DNA of 64,000 nucleotides from an uncultured delta proteobacterium (GTDB lineage Bacteria > Myxococcota_A > Polyangia > Polyangiales > B10-G4). The position numbers and the translations under genes are program-made. Below the pieces are notes generated by a model. It was not told the origin of the DNA. It made no database searches and saw only the letters and a program-made list of their open reading frames with translations. Location of the stretch: NCBI GenBank assembly GCA_963727445.1, contig CAVSGI010000013.1, forward strand, positions 145,316-209,315. Direction: 5' to 3'. Numbering within the stretch: the stretch's first letter is position 1; each line of letters opens with the position of its first letter. Below are positions 47,531 to 56,988 of the stretch, one piece after another.

Positions 47531-49129
47531 TGCTCGGGCTCCTCGCCGATCGGTCCCTTGCACGGCGCGGGAGGAAGGAGTCGCCGCGACGCCGAAGCAC
47601 TCGGGATACCGCTCGCGCCATCCGGAGAGCGCCGTGGTAAAGGCCGGCTCGAGGGTGCGTTGGACGACGCCCAGGAGCCCGCGAACGCCCTGACACGGAT
47701 CGTTCGGGAACATGCGCGCCGGCAGCGCGCGCCACGCCTCGGCAGGGGGAAGCGCGTCCAGCACGAAGACCGGCTCTGGATCGATCCGCTCCGGATAGTG
47801 TTCCACGAAGCTGGAGGCGAGGGCGCGGTTGTAGAGCGCCGAATCGATGTGCCCGGCGTCGAGGGAGACGTTGGCGAAGTTGTAGCGGGCGGTCACGCTG
47901 AGCGGCTCCATCTCGACGGCGTGAGCCCAGAGCAACGCGCGGCGTGCGCCAGGGCCGTTGGTGGCGGAAGGTCTGCGCGGCGAGGAGAAGGGCGACGACG
48001 CAGTGGCCGCGATGCGAGCGCGCGGGGCGGCGAAGATCCGGGCGATGGCGACGGCGGTCAGCACGCTCGCGGCGGCGACGGCGGGGTAGAGCACGCGCTC
48101 GGGGAGCAGCGCGGGAAGGACGACCAGGGAGTTCGAGACGAGGACGAGCGTGCCACAGAGGATCGCGAGGGTGACGGCCAAGCCCACCGCGCGACGCTTG
48201 ATGGCGACGATCAAGGCGGCGACGAGCGCGACCAGGACGATGACGCCAGGGATGGCGTGGGGAAGGAGCGTCTCGAGCGATCCGTCCATCACGGCGTAGC
48301 CGTGGGTCGGCGACAGGCCGGTCGGGACGAAGCACAGCGCCGCGGCGCGGCCGATCACCGCGAGCGCGAGGACCTGACGCGAGCCGAGCGTCATGTCGTA
48401 GGCGATGTTGTTGCTCCACTCGATCGTCGCTCGGGTGAAGGAGAGCTGGAGGGCGACGACGATGAGGGTGACCACCAGGGGCGGAAGCGTGGCCTGGGCG
48501 CGCTCACGCATCGGCGACTCGCTCCGCAAAGCGACGACCAGCGCGCAAGCCGGCCCGAAGAGGACGGCGGACTCCTTCACGAAGGAAGCGAGGACGACGA
48601 GCACCGCGGCCGATGTGGCGTGACGGAGGTTGGGCTCTTCCGGGCGCGCGACGACGACCAGCGCGGCGAGTCCGAGCGCCGTCCCGAGGATGTCCGCCTG
48701 CGCCACGTTGGCTCCGATGGCTTCCGCGTGGGCGCCGTGGACCGCGAAGATCACGCCGGCCATCGTCGCCACCAGACGCGAGGCGCCCAGCCGGCGCGCG
48801 ACCGTGATCAGGAGGCCGGTGGCGAGCACGTGGAGCACGAGGGTGACCACCCGAAACACCAGCGGCGCTCCGCCGCCCACCGCGTACTCGGCGCGGAGCA
48901 GCAGTGTCGCGAGGGGACGGTACGTCGTGATCCCCTCGGCGAGCGGGGTTCCCCAGAAGTCGCGCACGAAGGCTTCGTGAAGCGGCACGGCGCCCTGCAC
49001 CACTGGGCTATGGACGATCGCGTTCTCGTCATCGAAGACGAATCGCCCGTCGAGGTTCAGCGCTCCGCACGCGGCTGCCGACAGAAGGGCCAGACCGTTG
49101 CCGACGGAGGTTGAGGAGCTCTCCCGCAT
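47513..49129 (-). CDS. Polytopic membrane protein, GT-C-type glycosyltransferase-like (PMT/ArnT/TMTC DUF1736-like), hypothetical
   Basis: ATG at 49129. More than 10 TM helices. N-terminal motif NAIVHSPVVQ...FWGTPL...TYRPLATL resembles GT-C mannosyltransferase-like proteins (from memory). Its 3' end overlaps the convergent ABC ATPase gene by 18 nt. Confidence 0.55.
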   Translation of the reverse strand: MRESSSTSVGNGLALLSAAACGALNLDGRFVFDDENAIVHSPVVQGAVPLHEAFVRDFWGTPLAEGITTYRPLATLLLRAEYAVGGGAPLVFRVVTLVLHVLATGLLITVARRLGASRLVATMAGVIFAVHGAHAEAIGANVAQADILGTALGLAALVVVARPEEPNLRHATSAAVLVVLASFVKESAVLFGPACALVVALRSESPMRERAQATLPPLVVTLIVVALQLSFTRATIEWSNNIAYDMTLGSRQVLALAVIGRAAALCFVPTGLSPTHGYAVMDGSLETLLPHAIPGVIVLVALVAALIVAIKRRAVGLAVTLAILCGTLVLVSNSLVVLPALLPERVLYPAVAAASVLTAVAIARIFAAPRARIAATASSPFSSPRRPSATNGPGARRALLWAHAVEMEPLSVTARYNFANVSLDAGHIDSALYNRALASSFVEHYPERIDPEPVFVLDALPPAEAWRALPARMFPNDPCQGVRGLLGVVQRTLEPAFTTALSGWRERYPECFGVAATPSSRAVQGTDRRGARASRALR

Positions 49130-49139
49130 CACTCGCGGG

Positions 49140-49330
49140 GAGTGTCGCCCCCTTCTTTGGCCGACGCCACCTGCGCATCAGCCTTACAGACGCTGGGTTT
49201 CGCGGATATATACTATATATGCGTTCAGTCTTCTGACATGAAATGAGCTACGCGATTCGAGTAGCTCCGAAGGTGTGCGTGGGTGGGCGTTCATTGCGAG
49301 GCCGAGATGAATCGGCAGCGGCTCGCGCTT
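49140..49330. other. AT-rich intergenic island (about 45% GC against a ~70% background) with a TATA-rich tract and a 7-bp hairpin
   Basis: ggatatatactatatatgcg followed by GAGCTAC-gcgattcga-GTAGCTC. Lies upstream of the GT-C-like gene. Confidence 0.4.
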
Positions 49331-49388
49331 GGTGACGTCGCGGGGCAGATGCAGCGGCGGCGCTGAGGCGGCGAGCGCGGTCGTCGCT

Positions 49389-50282
49389 TCAGAGCGTGTT
49401 CCAGCTCCCGATCGGCGAGGTCATCATCGCTCCGCCGGCCGAGTGCCCGTCGGACAAGGCGTTGCCCATGAGGCCGGCCTCGCTGATCGTGCCGCCGAAG
49501 CGGATCGCGTCGACGAGATCCGGGTCAGCGGGCGCATAGCTGCCGCCGAGCTCGGCGAGCGGGATGGCGAAGTTGTGCGTGACGTCCGCGGCGCCGAAGC
49601 CGCCGAGGGTCAGCGTCACCCCGGACATGCTCTCGTCGAAGGCGCCATCGGCGGTGGAGACCGTGGCGTCGACGACCACCTCGACGTGGGCCGGCTCATC
49701 CGGCGCGCCGACACCGGGCGGCTGGCGCACGGTGGGCTGACAGGTGATCGTGCCGTCCATGTAGGTGAACGCCAGCGTCAGCTCCGTCGCTGGCGACCCG
49801 TCGGCGTAGGTGAAGGCGACGGTGTGCGGTCCCATGGCGAGGTCGAGGAGCGCCTGACCCGTGAGCCCCTCGCACTCCTCCGTGAGGCTCCCGAGCTCGT
49901 AGGGCGCCGTGTCCGGTAGCCAGTCGACGCAGAGGGCAATCTCGCTGGCGCACGCCGCGCAGCACCCCTCCCCACCCTCGCACACGCACGGGTTCACCAC
50001 GGCCCACTGGCAGGTGAGCCCCGTCGGACAAGTGAACGAAGAACCGCAGGACTGGTAGCAGCCCGAGGCGATCGTGCGCACGCCCTCGGACACGCATCCC
50101 GGCTCGTAGTGCTCCTCACCCGAAGGGCAGATCGATCCGTCGCCTGGCGTCGAGTCGGAGCTCGAGTCCACGGTCGCGTCGATGGCCCCGTCGGTCCCGC
50201 CATCTGGCGCCGTGGAGCTGTCCGGGCACGCGGAGACGAGGCTCGTGACGATGACGACGAAGACGAGAGTGGTGGTTCGCAT
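49389..50282 (-). CDS. Cys-rich secreted lipoprotein (hypothetical)
   Basis: ATG at 50282 gives MRTTTLVFVVIVTSLVSAC (lipobox). The upstream part of the tool ORF was rejected. Confidence 0.55.
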   Translation of the reverse strand: MRTTTLVFVVIVTSLVSACPDSSTAPDGGTDGAIDATVDSSSDSTPGDGSICPSGEEHYEPGCVSEGVRTIASGCYQSCGSSFTCPTGLTCQWAVVNPCVCEGGEGCCAACASEIALCVDWLPDTAPYELGSLTEECEGLTGQALLDLAMGPHTVAFTYADGSPATELTLAFTYMDGTITCQPTVRQPPGVGAPDEPAHVEVVVDATVSTADGAFDESMSGVTLTLGGFGAADVTHNFAIPLAELGGSYAPADPDLVDAIRFGGTISEAGLMGNALSDGHSAGGAMMTSPIGSWNTL

Positions 50283-50413
50283 GAACGACTCCGCGAGCAG
50301 CTGTGCCAGATTGAGCAGATCCGGCTGGTGATCCTGCGATGTGCAGTCACCGTGCCAGGCCCCGGCCACGCCGCGAGGGACGACGCCGTCCGCCACGAAG
50401 CGTTCGCTCGAAC

Positions 50414-52180
50414 CTACGAAGTAGAAGTCGTGAGGACGAGCGGCATCGCCTCGGACACCTCCTCCACCGTCGTCGCCGTGCGCGTGATGGACACGGGCGT
50501 CGAGACGTCGCCGCCCTGAGCCGTGAGCGTGAGCGTGAGCGGGAGCAGGCGCTCGATTCCGGACAAGCCGACGCCGCTCCTGCCAGGACTGAGAGGGATC
50601 GTCGGCGACGAGGACAACGATTCCGACGAGAGCTGCAGAGAGACGGTGACGCCGGCGAGCGCCTCGTTCAGCACATAACTGATGCCATCGGCCCGCAGCC
50701 ACGCGCGCGCGATCTCGACGCCGGGCTCGAGGGTCGTGGGTTCGGTCACGCCCGTGGGGGTCACGACGAACACGTCGCCGTCGGTCAGCTCGACCGTGAA
50801 GCGTTGATCGGCGAACGCGGCGTCGAGGGTGGTCATCTCGGCGGTCAACGTGTCGACCCCGGGCGAGACCGCGAACAGCGCGCTCGCGCGATCGGTGAGG
50901 GTGGCGTCGAGGTGGCTTCGCATGTCGAAGACGCCGCCCCACGCCCGCCGGAGCGCGACCCGATGCTGGTCGACCGAGAGGAACACCTGCGTGACCGTGT
51001 CGCGGATCGTGAAGCTCACACCGAGAAGGTCGAAGGGGAGGTCGAGCCGGCCGGCAGCGCCATCCTCGTCCCACGCGATGGGCCCCTCGACGGGCGCCGC
51101 GCGCGTCCAGTCGATCCCGTCGATGCCGCCAGCCACCACGACACGCGCCTCCAATGCCTCGGGGGCATCGACAGTGGTGGTGACGCCGATCTCGACCTCC
51201 GTGCCGTCGAGCGGGAGGGCGACGTCGCCCAGCTCCCCCGGGCGCGTGATCGTCGCGCTCTCGATCGTCACGCCGTCGCGCGCGAGGAGCGCGCAGCCCG
51301 TCGTCGTCACCTCCTCGGTCACTCCGTGCTCGTCGGTGACCGTCTCGGTCGTTCGCTTGCAGCGCACGATGTCGGGGCCGGGGCCGGGCGATTCGAGGTC
51401 GCCTTCGCGGATCAAGCCATCGGCGGTCAGCACATAAGCGCCCGAGCCAGTGACCATTCCCTCTACCTCGGCGTCGGCGCTACCCGCGCTGATGCCTACC
51501 GAATCGGCCCCGTTGGGCACGATCAAGCGGACCGTCGTGGACTCGTCACCGCGAAGGAGAATCGCTCCGCTCCCGATCGTCAGCTCCTCTGCGCCATCGG
51601 CGGTGGTCGCGCCCCGAAGGGGAACGGTGCGCTGCACGTTGCGAAGCGTCCCTACCGTCGTCTGGTTGCGCACCTGTAGCGTCCACAGATCGAACGGCAT
51701 CTCGGGACCGATCGGTGCCATCGCGGACGCGAGCTCTGCGATCGTGTACGCGACGCGAACCTCGGCGCTCTCGACGCCGAGCGCGAAGTCGCCGTCGATC
51801 CAGGTGCTCGCGCTGACGCGCAACGGATAGTCCTCGGCACGGATGGAAGAGATCGGCGCCGGTGCATCGAGGCGCACCGACCCGAGCGGTCGTCCATCGG
51901 CCCCCCACACTTCGACGATGGACGGCGACAACGGCGCCTCGGGGCTCGCGGTGCACGTCATCGTGTCGGCCCGGAAGAACCCCTCGCCATCCGTCGTGAT
52001 CGCGCAGGTGAACCAGGGCGTCGCGGCGCCATCGGCCGCCCCGCCCGAGACCAGACGAGGCGTCGGCTCGCCGACGTCGGTGGCACATCCGACGAGCGCA
52101 GCGACCAGGGTGGCGAGCACGAGAGGACCGCGGGTGCAGTGGGGGGAGGAGGTCATGGGGCGAGGGACAGCAGCTTTCAT
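50414..52180 (-). CDS. Large secreted lipoprotein (hypothetical, beta-rich)
   Basis: Start at 52180 (MKAAVPRPMTSS...) or 52156. Lipobox LVAALVGCATD. Confidence 0.5.
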   Translation of the reverse strand: MKAAVPRPMTSSPHCTRGPLVLATLVAALVGCATDVGEPTPRLVSGGAADGAATPWFTCAITTDGEGFFRADTMTCTASPEAPLSPSIVEVWGADGRPLGSVRLDAPAPISSIRAEDYPLRVSASTWIDGDFALGVESAEVRVAYTIAELASAMAPIGPEMPFDLWTLQVRNQTTVGTLRNVQRTVPLRGATTADGAEELTIGSGAILLRGDESTTVRLIVPNGADSVGISAGSADAEVEGMVTGSGAYVLTADGLIREGDLESPGPGPDIVRCKRTTETVTDEHGVTEEVTTTGCALLARDGVTIESATITRPGELGDVALPLDGTEVEIGVTTTVDAPEALEARVVVAGGIDGIDWTRAAPVEGPIAWDEDGAAGRLDLPFDLLGVSFTIRDTVTQVFLSVDQHRVALRRAWGGVFDMRSHLDATLTDRASALFAVSPGVDTLTAEMTTLDAAFADQRFTVELTDGDVFVVTPTGVTEPTTLEPGVEIARAWLRADGISYVLNEALAGVTVSLQLSSESLSSSPTIPLSPGRSGVGLSGIERLLPLTLTLTAQGGDVSTPVSITRTATTVEEVSEAMPLVLTTSTS

Positions 52181-52299
52181 TCCGTCGCACCAGACGCCAA
52201 GAGGACCGGCCTTTCGGGGGCAGTGGCTACTCCACTCGCCGCGCTCGCCCTGGTCGACGGGGACGACCATCCCCAGAGCGCATCCACGGATGGTCTAGG

Positions 52300-52860
52300 A
52301 TGGTGCCCATGGGGCGTCTCCCCGCGGTCGTGTCTCTCGCATTCGCGCTGTTCGGCGTTGGATGTCGGGTCGGGTACTCCCACGAAGCTCCGGACACGGG
52401 ACTGGAGACCGGCCTGGACGCCACGCTCGGGGACACCGCGACCACGGACACCGCGACGACGGACGCCGCGACGGTGGACAGTCAGCCGAGCGACACGGGG
52501 AGAGACGCCGCGCTGGATACGAGCTCGGCCGACACTCTGCCCCCCACGTCCGATGCAACCCTCATGGACGCGAGCCCCGATGGAACGCCCCCGGATGCGA
52601 GCCCCGACGCTCCCCTCGGCGGGTCGGGCACCTGCGTGGGCTCCGACGTCTGCAGCTTCACCTGCACGGACCCACCCTGCAGCTATCACTGCGCGGACAC
52701 CTCCGAGTGCACCATCAGCTGTCCCACGGTGAGGTGTCTGGTCGCGTGTGATCCCGATGCGACGTGCCACATCGACTGCGGGACGGGAGAGTGCATGATG
52801 TGCGGGGGCAGCGGGTTGGGCTGTGTGATCATGTGCCGTGGGGGCACCTGCGGGGCGTAG
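52300..52860 (+). CDS. Cys-rich lipoprotein with acidic Thr/Asp linker (hypothetical)
   Basis: Lipobox LFGVGCR. C-terminal module of about 80 aa with 20 Cys. Confidence 0.5.
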   Translation: MVPMGRLPAVVSLAFALFGVGCRVGYSHEAPDTGLETGLDATLGDTATTDTATTDAATVDSQPSDTGRDAALDTSSADTLPPTSDATLMDASPDGTPPDASPDAPLGGSGTCVGSDVCSFTCTDPPCSYHCADTSECTISCPTVRCLVACDPDATCHIDCGTGECMMCGGSGLGCVIMCRGGTCGA

Positions 52861-52933
52861 CTCCACTGTGTGGCGACGTACGCGCACCACACCTCGTCTT
52901 GCGTTCTCCGCGAGCGACGGATAAACCGAAGGG

Positions 52934-54007
52934 ATGCGGCGGGCTCCTTTCTCTCTTTCCCTGACTCTGCTCCTCCTCGCCTGTGGTCCCTCACGCATGC
53001 GTGGGCCCATGGGGGACGCGGCGGTCCTGCCGGACACAGGCGTACCGTCGGACAGCGCGATGCCTCCGGATTCTTCGATGCCCCCCCCAACGGATGGGGG
53101 GACGCCCGACTCCACGGTGGTGGACAGCCCGCTGGTGGACCCCACGTGCGTCGACGGCATGTACTCCGAGACGCTGCCGAACCCATCCGCCAGCATCGAC
53201 GACCTCCTCACCAGTTACAGCGCGTCTGCGTTCCAGACCTTCATCGACTCAATCCTCGATCGTCGCTACCCCATTGGCTCCTTCCTCGTACGCGGTGGTC
53301 GTTCGAACCCGTCGTTTCCCGAGGACTGCGACGTGACCTTCGTCGGGTCGACCTCGCCCACCTCGGATCAGGTCTTCCAGCGGCTCGGCACCATCGTTCA
53401 CGAGTGCGGGCATACCTACGACTTCACGCTCGGCGGCTTCAGTGACAACGGTTACGCGATTCGCGACGACCTCTCTTTCACGTGCCCCATGGGCGACACC
53501 ACCGACCGAGGTGGTCAGACCTTTCCCCGCAGCGAGCTCACGGGGGACGCGTACTACCCGATGCGCCCCGCATGCGGCACGGATCCGTGTGACTTCTACG
53601 CCGACAGGTACCTGATCTCGTCGGGAAGCGAGCAGGGCTTCAATTCGGTCCTCGAGGAGGCGACGCAGTACGTGAACTCCCTCGCCACGGCCTACGCCTT
53701 CGCCGATCGCCGCGGGAGCGGCTCTCAGAGCGACAAGGACGGCATCCTCACGTTTCTCTGGTACATCGAGCGCTACCTGCGCCTCGCTCGCACCGAATAT
53801 CCGGCCGCCTACGGCTTCATCACGGGCAACGATTGCTGGCGCGAGCTGATCCTGACCATCTGGGGTCGTGGATGGCTCTACCTCGAGCTCACGCGCGACG
53901 ACCCGCGCTTGGGCATCCACGACGACGAGCTCTTCCCGTTGGTGGAGGACCCGGAGCTGGTGGCGGAGATCCAAGCGATCCGCGACGCGCACGGCTGCAG
54001 CATGTAG
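52934..54007 (+). CDS. Lipoprotein with HExxH motif (putative zinc metallopeptidase, hypothetical)
   Basis: Lipobox LLLACGP. HECGH zinc-binding motif in the context TIVHECGHTYDF. No confident family assignment. Confidence 0.5.
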   Translation: MRRAPFSLSLTLLLLACGPSRMRGPMGDAAVLPDTGVPSDSAMPPDSSMPPPTDGGTPDSTVVDSPLVDPTCVDGMYSETLPNPSASIDDLLTSYSASAFQTFIDSILDRRYPIGSFLVRGGRSNPSFPEDCDVTFVGSTSPTSDQVFQRLGTIVHECGHTYDFTLGGFSDNGYAIRDDLSFTCPMGDTTDRGGQTFPRSELTGDAYYPMRPACGTDPCDFYADRYLISSGSEQGFNSVLEEATQYVNSLATAYAFADRRGSGSQSDKDGILTFLWYIERYLRLARTEYPAAYGFITGNDCWRELILTIWGRGWLYLELTRDDPRLGIHDDELFPLVEDPELVAEIQAIRDAHGCSM

Positions 54008-54030
54008 AACTTCCTCGGTTGCTCGGTGGG

Positions 54031-55692
54031 TCAATCGTCGTCGTCGGATCCCCGACCCAGGAGCGCGTCTCGCCAGACGTGGAGCGCCGCGACGAGCGAC
54101 GCCGTGCCGGCGACGGCGCCCGTGGTCAGGGTCAGCCAGTCGAAGCGGGGCGAGTAGAGCTTCTGGCCCCACCAGGAGAGGATGTCGAAGGGGCCCGTCA
54201 AGAGCAGGCCCGCGATCACCAGCGCCTTCAGGCGCCCACTCGCGCCGGACATGCTCAACAGGAGCGCGAGCACGCCGTAAGTGACGGTGTAGCCGAAGAG
54301 GTGGCTGTGGCTCGTGCCGAGCAGGCGCGCCTCCGAGAGCCGCTGGAAGTAGCTGAAGGTCGAGTCGCTCACGACCTGGGTCTGCACGTAGGCGTCGGTG
54401 ATGGCGACGAGCTGCGCGAGCATGAGACCAAGCACGATCAGCGAGAGCGCGAGCCGCACCTCGCCGGGCATCTCGCGGAGGCGAGGCCAGCGCGCCAGCG
54501 CCTTCTGCCTCTGCGCCCACCCCGCCGCGACCCAGATCGCGCCGAGATAGAACGCGATCAGGAGAAGGACCAGGATGGTGGCGGTCGACGCCGGCATCAT
54601 CGACGCCTCTCCGTCCGCCTCCACCGCCTCGAAGCGCAGCGCGGTCTCGCCCGTCGCGCCACCGTCCGTCTCGGCCGCGGCCCCCGCGTCGTCGCCGGCG
54701 CTCTCTTCGCTCGCCGCCGCCTGCGCCGCGAGATGCGTGGCGACGACGTACAGCACCTTCCGCACCTCGTCGCGGATCGCCCGCTGCACCGCTTCGCGAC
54801 CTTCGATCACCGGACAGTCGCCTTCACCAGGTTCGGGCAGCGCGTCCTTCGGCTGACCTGCGAGACAGCGCAGGTACGGGATGTAGAGGTCGCCCTCCTC
54901 CCCCGGCGCCCGAAAGATGATCACCCGCGACGCGGTGCCGTCACGCGCGACCGCGGTCAGCAGGGCGTACTTGCCGCGCTCGTCCCGCAGGTGATGGAAG
55001 ACCGCCACGCCGCGACGACGGTCGCGCACCACGTTGAAGTAGAGCGTCGGCAGACGGTCCTCGACGTCGAGCGTCGCGCCCACCGCCTCCTCGACCGCCG
55101 CGATCTCGGCGTCGTCGAGCTCTACCTCGGCTGCCTCGATCCGTGACAGATCGTCGAAGACCAGCTCGAGCTGCTCGATGGGGATGAAGAGCTGCGATTT
55201 GCTCGCCTCCCACCGCTCGGTGGGGTTGTCCGGCGTGCTCTCGCGATCCCCCGGGTTCGAGCCGGCCTCGATCTCCGCGAGGTTGGCGAAGCCGTCTCGA
55301 TCCGAGTCCACCCCTTCGATCGCCCGGAAAGCGTCCAGGTCCTCGCCCCGGCGGTGCCACGCTTCACCGTAGGCGTTCCGCTCGGTGTTGCCGTCGTATC
55401 CATGGCAGAGCTGACAGCTCGTCGACGCACCGTAGGCCTCCTTGAAGAGGCGACGGTGCACGGGATACGCGCTCGCACGACCGGCGAGGCCGACCCACAC
55501 GACGACGACCACGAGGGCGAAGAGACTATTCGTCGCCCGCGTCGCCGCGGTCTTCGCGCGGCTCTTCGCGCGGCGCTTCGCGCCGGCCTTCGCGTCGGCC
55601 TCCGCGCCCGCCTCCGCCCTGACCTTCGGCCCGGCTGTTCTCCTCCGCGAGGTTCCGCGCGAAGTTGAGGAAGAGGATGATTTCGCGCGCAT
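54031..55692 (-). CDS. Membrane-anchored c-type cytochrome with Ca-binding (thrombospondin-type-3-like) segment and C-terminal TM region
   Basis: CQLCHG just after a hydrophobic signal/anchor. DSDRDGFANLAEIEAGSNPGD motif. Several C-terminal TM helices. The 5' end is uncertain: the N-terminal 45 aa (K/R/A-rich) overlap the next gene out of frame. Confidence 0.55.
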   Translation of the reverse strand: MRAKSSSSSTSRGTSRRRTAGPKVRAEAGAEADAKAGAKRRAKSRAKTAATRATNSLFALVVVVVWVGLAGRASAYPVHRRLFKEAYGASTSCQLCHGYDGNTERNAYGEAWHRRGEDLDAFRAIEGVDSDRDGFANLAEIEAGSNPGDRESTPDNPTERWEASKSQLFIPIEQLELVFDDLSRIEAAEVELDDAEIAAVEEAVGATLDVEDRLPTLYFNVVRDRRRGVAVFHHLRDERGKYALLTAVARDGTASRVIIFRAPGEEGDLYIPYLRCLAGQPKDALPEPGEGDCPVIEGREAVQRAIRDEVRKVLYVVATHLAAQAAASEESAGDDAGAAAETDGGATGETALRFEAVEADGEASMMPASTATILVLLLIAFYLGAIWVAAGWAQRQKALARWPRLREMPGEVRLALSLIVLGLMLAQLVAITDAYVQTQVVSDSTFSYFQRLSEARLLGTSHSHLFGYTVTYGVLALLLSMSGASGRLKALVIAGLLLTGPFDILSWWGQKLYSPRFDWLTLTTGAVAGTASLVAALHVWRDALLGRGSDDDD

Positions 55693-56002
55693 CAGCTCGT
55701 TCGATTTCCGAGTTCGGCTTGCGCATCATCCGGGTGACGTAGCGTCGAATGCCCTCTTCGTCGAAGGTCCCACCCGTGACGGGGGTGATGCCGGTGTTGA
55801 GCGCCCGGATGGGACGCGCCATGGCGTGACACTTCGTACATCGCTGCGCGAAGATATCGTAGCGGGGTCGGAACTCAGGCGGAAATTGCTCGCGCACCAG
55901 ACGCTGTCGGCGGCCGCGCCCGACCGTTTCCAAGTCGGCGTTCGCGGTGGATGCGGCGCCGGCCCAGGCGACGATCGTCGCGGTCATCACCGCGAGGATC
56001 AT
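55526..56002 (-). CDS. Small secreted c-type cytochrome with low-complexity R/E/G-rich tail
   Basis: ATG at 56002 gives MILAVMTATIVAWAGAASTANA (signal peptide). CTKCHA haem motif. Confidence 0.55.
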   Translation of the reverse strand: MILAVMTATIVAWAGAASTANADLETVGRGRRQRLVREQFPPEFRPRYDIFAQRCTKCHAMARPIRALNTGITPVTGGTFDEEGIRRYVTRMMRKPNSEIERADAREIILFLNFARNLAEENSRAEGQGGGGRGGRREGRREAPREEPREDRGDAGDE

Positions 56003-56040
56003 GCTGATTCGTCGCTTCCAATCCACTCGGATAGCCCGCC

Positions 56041-56952
56041 TCAGGACAAGAGCTCGAAGGCTCCCGAACCGATCTTCACCGGCTCGTCCGGCGCTTCGAG
56101 CTCGACCCCCAATCCCAAATTGAACGACAGCTGGACCCAGAGCGTTCCCTGCCCCAACTCGGGCCGGACCACCACCGCCAGGCACCCGCCTCGCTCGCGC
56201 AGGCGGCACTCCGGTCCGTACAGGAGCAAGGGCGCGCCGTGGCTGAGCTTGACCCCCTGGCGAATGAACCACGCCTTCATGTAGCCGAAGATGTGATTGG
56301 CGAGCTCGCCAGCCACGTCCTCGAGCTCCGCCCGGCTCGGCTCGTCCGGGCTCTGCAGTGTGCGCCTGCGGATGCCCGAGAGCGCCGCATCGTCGCCCGT
56401 GACCAAACACCAGCCCGAGAGCTTCGGGCCCGAGAAAGGAACGATGGCTGCGGTTGCTGCGAACATGAGCTGATTGGCCTTGAAGCACTCCTTGGCTTGG
56501 CTCACCGGGCTCTTGAAAGCGCCCTCGAGCGCGCCGACCGCACAATCGTGAAGCGCACGAACGATCGGCGGGCTGTAGACGTCGAAGCGGAGCAGGTCGC
56601 GAATGGCTTCGGAGAGGGCATCGGCGGTCGGGTTGGGAAGGATGCGATCGGGTGGAAAAGCCCCGAACCTTCCCAGCGCCACCGCCTGGCCCAGCCAGAC
56701 GATCCGCAGAGTCGGATCGAGCCTTCGTAGCTCTGAGACGAGCTTGGCGCCCTCGGATTCACCGACGCGCCCATCCACCACGACCAGCGCCAGGTCGGGC
56801 AGCGATTCGACTCGAGAAACCGCTGCGGGCACCTCGACCAGCTCGACCTCCAGACCGGAGAGCGCGGCCAGCCCCCGAGTGATCTCTTCCCCCAGCTCGG
56901 ACGCGTTGGTGACCAGGAGGGTGCGGATGATGGGTACGGGTTCGGCGCTCAT
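56041..56952 (-). CDS. Receiver-like domain fused to CheX/CheC-family CheY-P phosphatase domain
   Basis: ATG at 56952. N-terminal REC-like fold lacking the canonical DD pair. The C-terminal domain carries the CheC/CheX active-site motif DxxxExxN (DVAGELAN). Confidence 0.6.
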   Translation of the reverse strand: MSAEPVPIIRTLLVTNASELGEEITRGLAALSGLEVELVEVPAAVSRVESLPDLALVVVDGRVGESEGAKLVSELRRLDPTLRIVWLGQAVALGRFGAFPPDRILPNPTADALSEAIRDLLRFDVYSPPIVRALHDCAVGALEGAFKSPVSQAKECFKANQLMFAATAAIVPFSGPKLSGWCLVTGDDAALSGIRRRTLQSPDEPSRAELEDVAGELANHIFGYMKAWFIRQGVKLSHGAPLLLYGPECRLRERGGCLAVVVRPELGQGTLWVQLSFNLGLGVELEAPDEPVKIGSGAFELLS

Positions 56953-56988
56953 GATCGAAGAACGAAGGTACCTCAATTCAGCGACCGA

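Noticed and set aside
47558-49114. 518-aa ORF on the + strand
   Set aside because: Antisense shadow of the GT-C-like membrane protein gene. R/G/D/E-rich.
50283-51074. Upstream 264 aa of ORF 49389..51074, and ORF 50339..51679 (+)
   Set aside because: The true lipoprotein starts at 50282 (MRTTTLVFVV…). The remainder is Arg-rich and overlaps the lipoprotein gene at 50414..52180.
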